Shown: positions 45,955 through 47,920 of the stretch, piece by piece
Numbering within the stretch: the first letter of the stretch is position 1
How the letters are laid out: each line of letters begins with the position of its first letter
Assembly (NCBI GenBank): GCA_964012805.1
Contig: CAXGUD010000027.1
Coordinates: 1 to 47,920 of the forward strand
Direction: 5' to 3'
DNA from: an uncultured Bacteriovoracaceae bacterium
GTDB taxonomy: Bacteria; Bdellovibrionota; Bacteriovoracia; Bacteriovoracales; Bacteriovoracaceae
DNA length: 47,920 bases
The notes under the pieces: model-generated
The model's database searches: none
Told to the model about the DNA's origin: nothing
What the model saw: only the letters and a program-made list of their open reading frames with translations
Program-made: the position numbers and the translations under genes

Positions 45955-47109
45955 TTATTTATCACCAAAGCCCCTCTCTGCTTCAGCAAGTTTTTCTAAA
46001 GTCCCTTTTTTACAGTCAGTTTCACACAAGCTCAGGTGCTTCCTCAAAGCAACCTTATACTGTATATAATTGTGATATTTTATAAAGGCGAAAATGTCCT
46101 TGCCGACTCTGGCATTTTTCCATGAATGGGTAATGAGCTTTAAGGCCTTTTCTCTAAGTCTCTGGCCCAATTTTTTATCATGATACAAAGGAAGCAGTCT
46201 ATGGCCTACATGCTTATAGCTTTTCTTTATAAGATTTCCTGGAATTTGAGGTACCGGATCTTTCTCTAACATGATTCGAGCACTATTTTTTATTAATTTG
46301 TCATAAGCTTTTTGGAAAGCTCTCCCCCCGACCCTTGGCGAAGCTCCAACCAAGACATTGGGTTTAATTCCAAATCGAAGACTTAAATGAGCACCACAGT
46401 GAGTGGCCAAAGCAGCACCCAAACTAAAACCAATGCAATATATATTTGGATTCTTTTTATTTTTTTCTTGAAAGGATTCAATTCGCTTACTGATTGTTTT
46501 TTTAAATCGATTGTATTCCTTATTAAAACCATTATGGACCTTTAGATTTTTCCACTCTCTAAAATTAGATTCCGTTAGACCTTTCCATTTTTTGATGCCA
46601 GCTGGGCCGGAAGATGGTAGCCACATTATCTTTTTTAAAAGTAAATTCGAATCTGTTAGTGCATTTTTTATCAATTTTAACTTATAACCTTTCCCCATTC
46701 CCTTTACACCTGTCCCACGAAAGACAACGACCAAAGTATTGATTTTTTTATTATAGGCAACATAGGCCCTACCGGCACTTGGTTCAATAATCCCCTCTTT
46801 AGCAGTCTTTGCATATAATCCGCTTTCACTAATAGGTGCCCAACCCTTTTCAGAAAGAAGCTTTAGAGTTTCACGACTTTCTTTTTGCGTAACCATACAT
46901 GAATGGGTCATGGCTGACATTGCTGTTTTGATTAAGTCAGAATCGTAATTTTTAATTGAACCAAAATAATTTCCATTTTCATACTTCTGACTTTTGCCTT
47001 TTTGATCAACAGCAAAACAATTCTCTACCTTTGCATTTCCATTGACCGAAATAAAAAAAAGAAATGTGTAAAAAATTATAGAAGTTAAATTTATTTTATA
47101 AACCTTCAT
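45955..47109 (-). CDS. Secreted class 3 lipase
   Basis: Signal peptide; VVFRGT, VHNGF, GFSLGAALA (nucleophile elbow), SPRVG, DPVP, YKHVG, late His (YH). Confidence 0.9.
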   Translation of the reverse strand: MKVYKINLTSIIFYTFLFFISVNGNAKVENCFAVDQKGKSQKYENGNYFGSIKNYDSDLIKTAMSAMTHSCMVTQKESRETLKLLSEKGWAPISESGLYAKTAKEGIIEPSAGRAYVAYNKKINTLVVVFRGTGVKGMGKGYKLKLIKNALTDSNLLLKKIMWLPSSGPAGIKKWKGLTESNFREWKNLKVHNGFNKEYNRFKKTISKRIESFQEKNKKNPNIYCIGFSLGAALATHCGAHLSLRFGIKPNVLVGASPRVGGRAFQKAYDKLIKNSARIMLEKDPVPQIPGNLIKKSYKHVGHRLLPLYHDKKLGQRLREKALKLITHSWKNARVGKDIFAFIKYHNYIQYKVALRKHLSLCETDCKKGTLEKLAEAERGFGDK

Positions 47110-47360
47110 GAAACTTTTCCTTAAATTTATAATAAACTAAATTTTTTGAGGTAAATAACCACTTTTTTAAATTAATAATAACTGCTTATCGTTCCATTAA
47201 TAGAAAAACTGAGGGGTCAACTTCTTAGTCTAAAATTGCCAAGTTTTTATTAAAAAAATGTGTTTAATTCTCAAACTATCAACACAAAATAATAGAGGAC
47301 CTTTTACAAATAAATTTCTTTTCATTATTTTTCGCCCAAATTTTAGTTGAGGGGTCTTTA

Positions 47361-47920
47361 ATGAAAGGTTTTATTTTCTTATTTATTTTATTTGCTTTTG
47401 AATCAGGAGCTGCTTTTACGTCCCAAAGAAATGACGTCATGGGTGGAGTGGTACTCCAAACGAATAATGGGACTCCTTGGGGAAAATGGGGTGAAGCTCG
47501 CTTTTGTCCAGCGAGTACCTTCGCAATAGGCTTTAGTCTAAAGGTGGAAGGACATCAATCTGAAGATGATGATACGGCCGTTAATAATATTAAATTAGTT
47601 TGTGGTGATTATTCCATTTTTGAATTTGAAGGTGACTCAAGATCAAGTTGGGGATCCTATGGACAAAATTCTTACTGTCCTAATAACAGCTTTATTAAAG
47701 GCTTTGCACTCAAAGTTGAAAAAGATCAGCCTCTAGGGCACGACGATACAGCTGTTAACGATATGAAAGTATTTTGCGGAAACAACTACGAAGAGGTCGG
47801 CTCTACAAATGGCCAAAGATTTGGAAGCTTTGGTAGTAACGCTTATTGCCCAGGTTATTCTTCAATTTGTGGGTTCTCTTTAAAGTCAGAAGAGCCTCAA
47901 GGTATGGCAGATGATACTGC
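47361..47920 (+). CDS. Secreted vitelline membrane outer layer protein I (VMO-I)-like beta-prism protein (partial, runs off the window edge)
   Basis: Not in the ORF track. Manual translation after GAGGGG RBS: MKGFIFLFILFAFESGAA...NGTPWGKWGEARFCPASTFAIGFSLKVEGHQSEDDDTAVNNIKLVC...WGSYGQNSYCPNNSFIKGFALKVEKDQPLGHDDTAVNDMKVFC...FGSFGSNAYCPGYSSICGFSLKSEEPQGMADDT; three VMO-I-type repeats. Confidence 0.9.
   Translation, partial: MKGFIFLFILFAFESGAAFTSQRNDVMGGVVLQTNNGTPWGKWGEARFCPASTFAIGFSLKVEGHQSEDDDTAVNNIKLVCGDYSIFEFEGDSRSSWGSYGQNSYCPNNSFIKGFALKVEKDQPLGHDDTAVNDMKVFCGNNYEEVGSTNGQRFGSFGSNAYCPGYSSICGFSLKSEEPQGMADDT

Noticed and set aside
1..47920. CRISPR array, tRNA/rRNA, IS/integrase, prophage or anti-phage defence genes
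   Set aside because: No regularly spaced repeats, structured RNA genes, transposase/integrase motifs or recognisable defence domains seen. The PLD has a signal peptide and two HKD motifs, unlike nuclease-type defence PLDs.

Overview
AT-rich bacterial chromosomal window, standard genetic code. I saw no rRNA, tRNA, CRISPR array or mobile element. The gene content suggests a Bdellovibrionota (Bacteriovorax/Halobacteriovorax-like) genome; this is inference, not shown directly. Three themes dominate. (1) An unusual signalling set: two membrane-anchored CheA-like Hpt+HATPase kinases lacking CheW (one with two Hpt domains); three paralogous membrane/PAS receptors ending in apparent histidine-less 'pseudo-Hpt' bundles with no kinase domain (one split by a homopolymer frameshift); two stand-alone receivers; a DoxX-receiver fusion; an LspA-HAMP fusion; and a ferredoxin-cyclase-Rieske fusion. 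Several sit behind sigma28-like promoters. (2) Exported or membrane lipid/glycolipid-acting proteins: phospholipase D, GH5 endoglycoceramidase with Cys-rich repeats, class 3 lipase, AIG1/ADTRP-like hydrolase, TesA, a VMO-I beta-prism protein, and a tandem pair of possible BPI/TULIP-like proteins (one with a nonsense codon). (3) Extracytoplasmic redox/metal proteins: a divergent ApbE paired with a CxxxC/thioredoxin protein, pseudoazurin, a Tat-exported intradiol dioxygenase and a FutA-like protein. The most novel candidate is the pseudo-Hpt receptor family linked to the double-Hpt kinase. All assignments are by-eye motif recognition without database searches.
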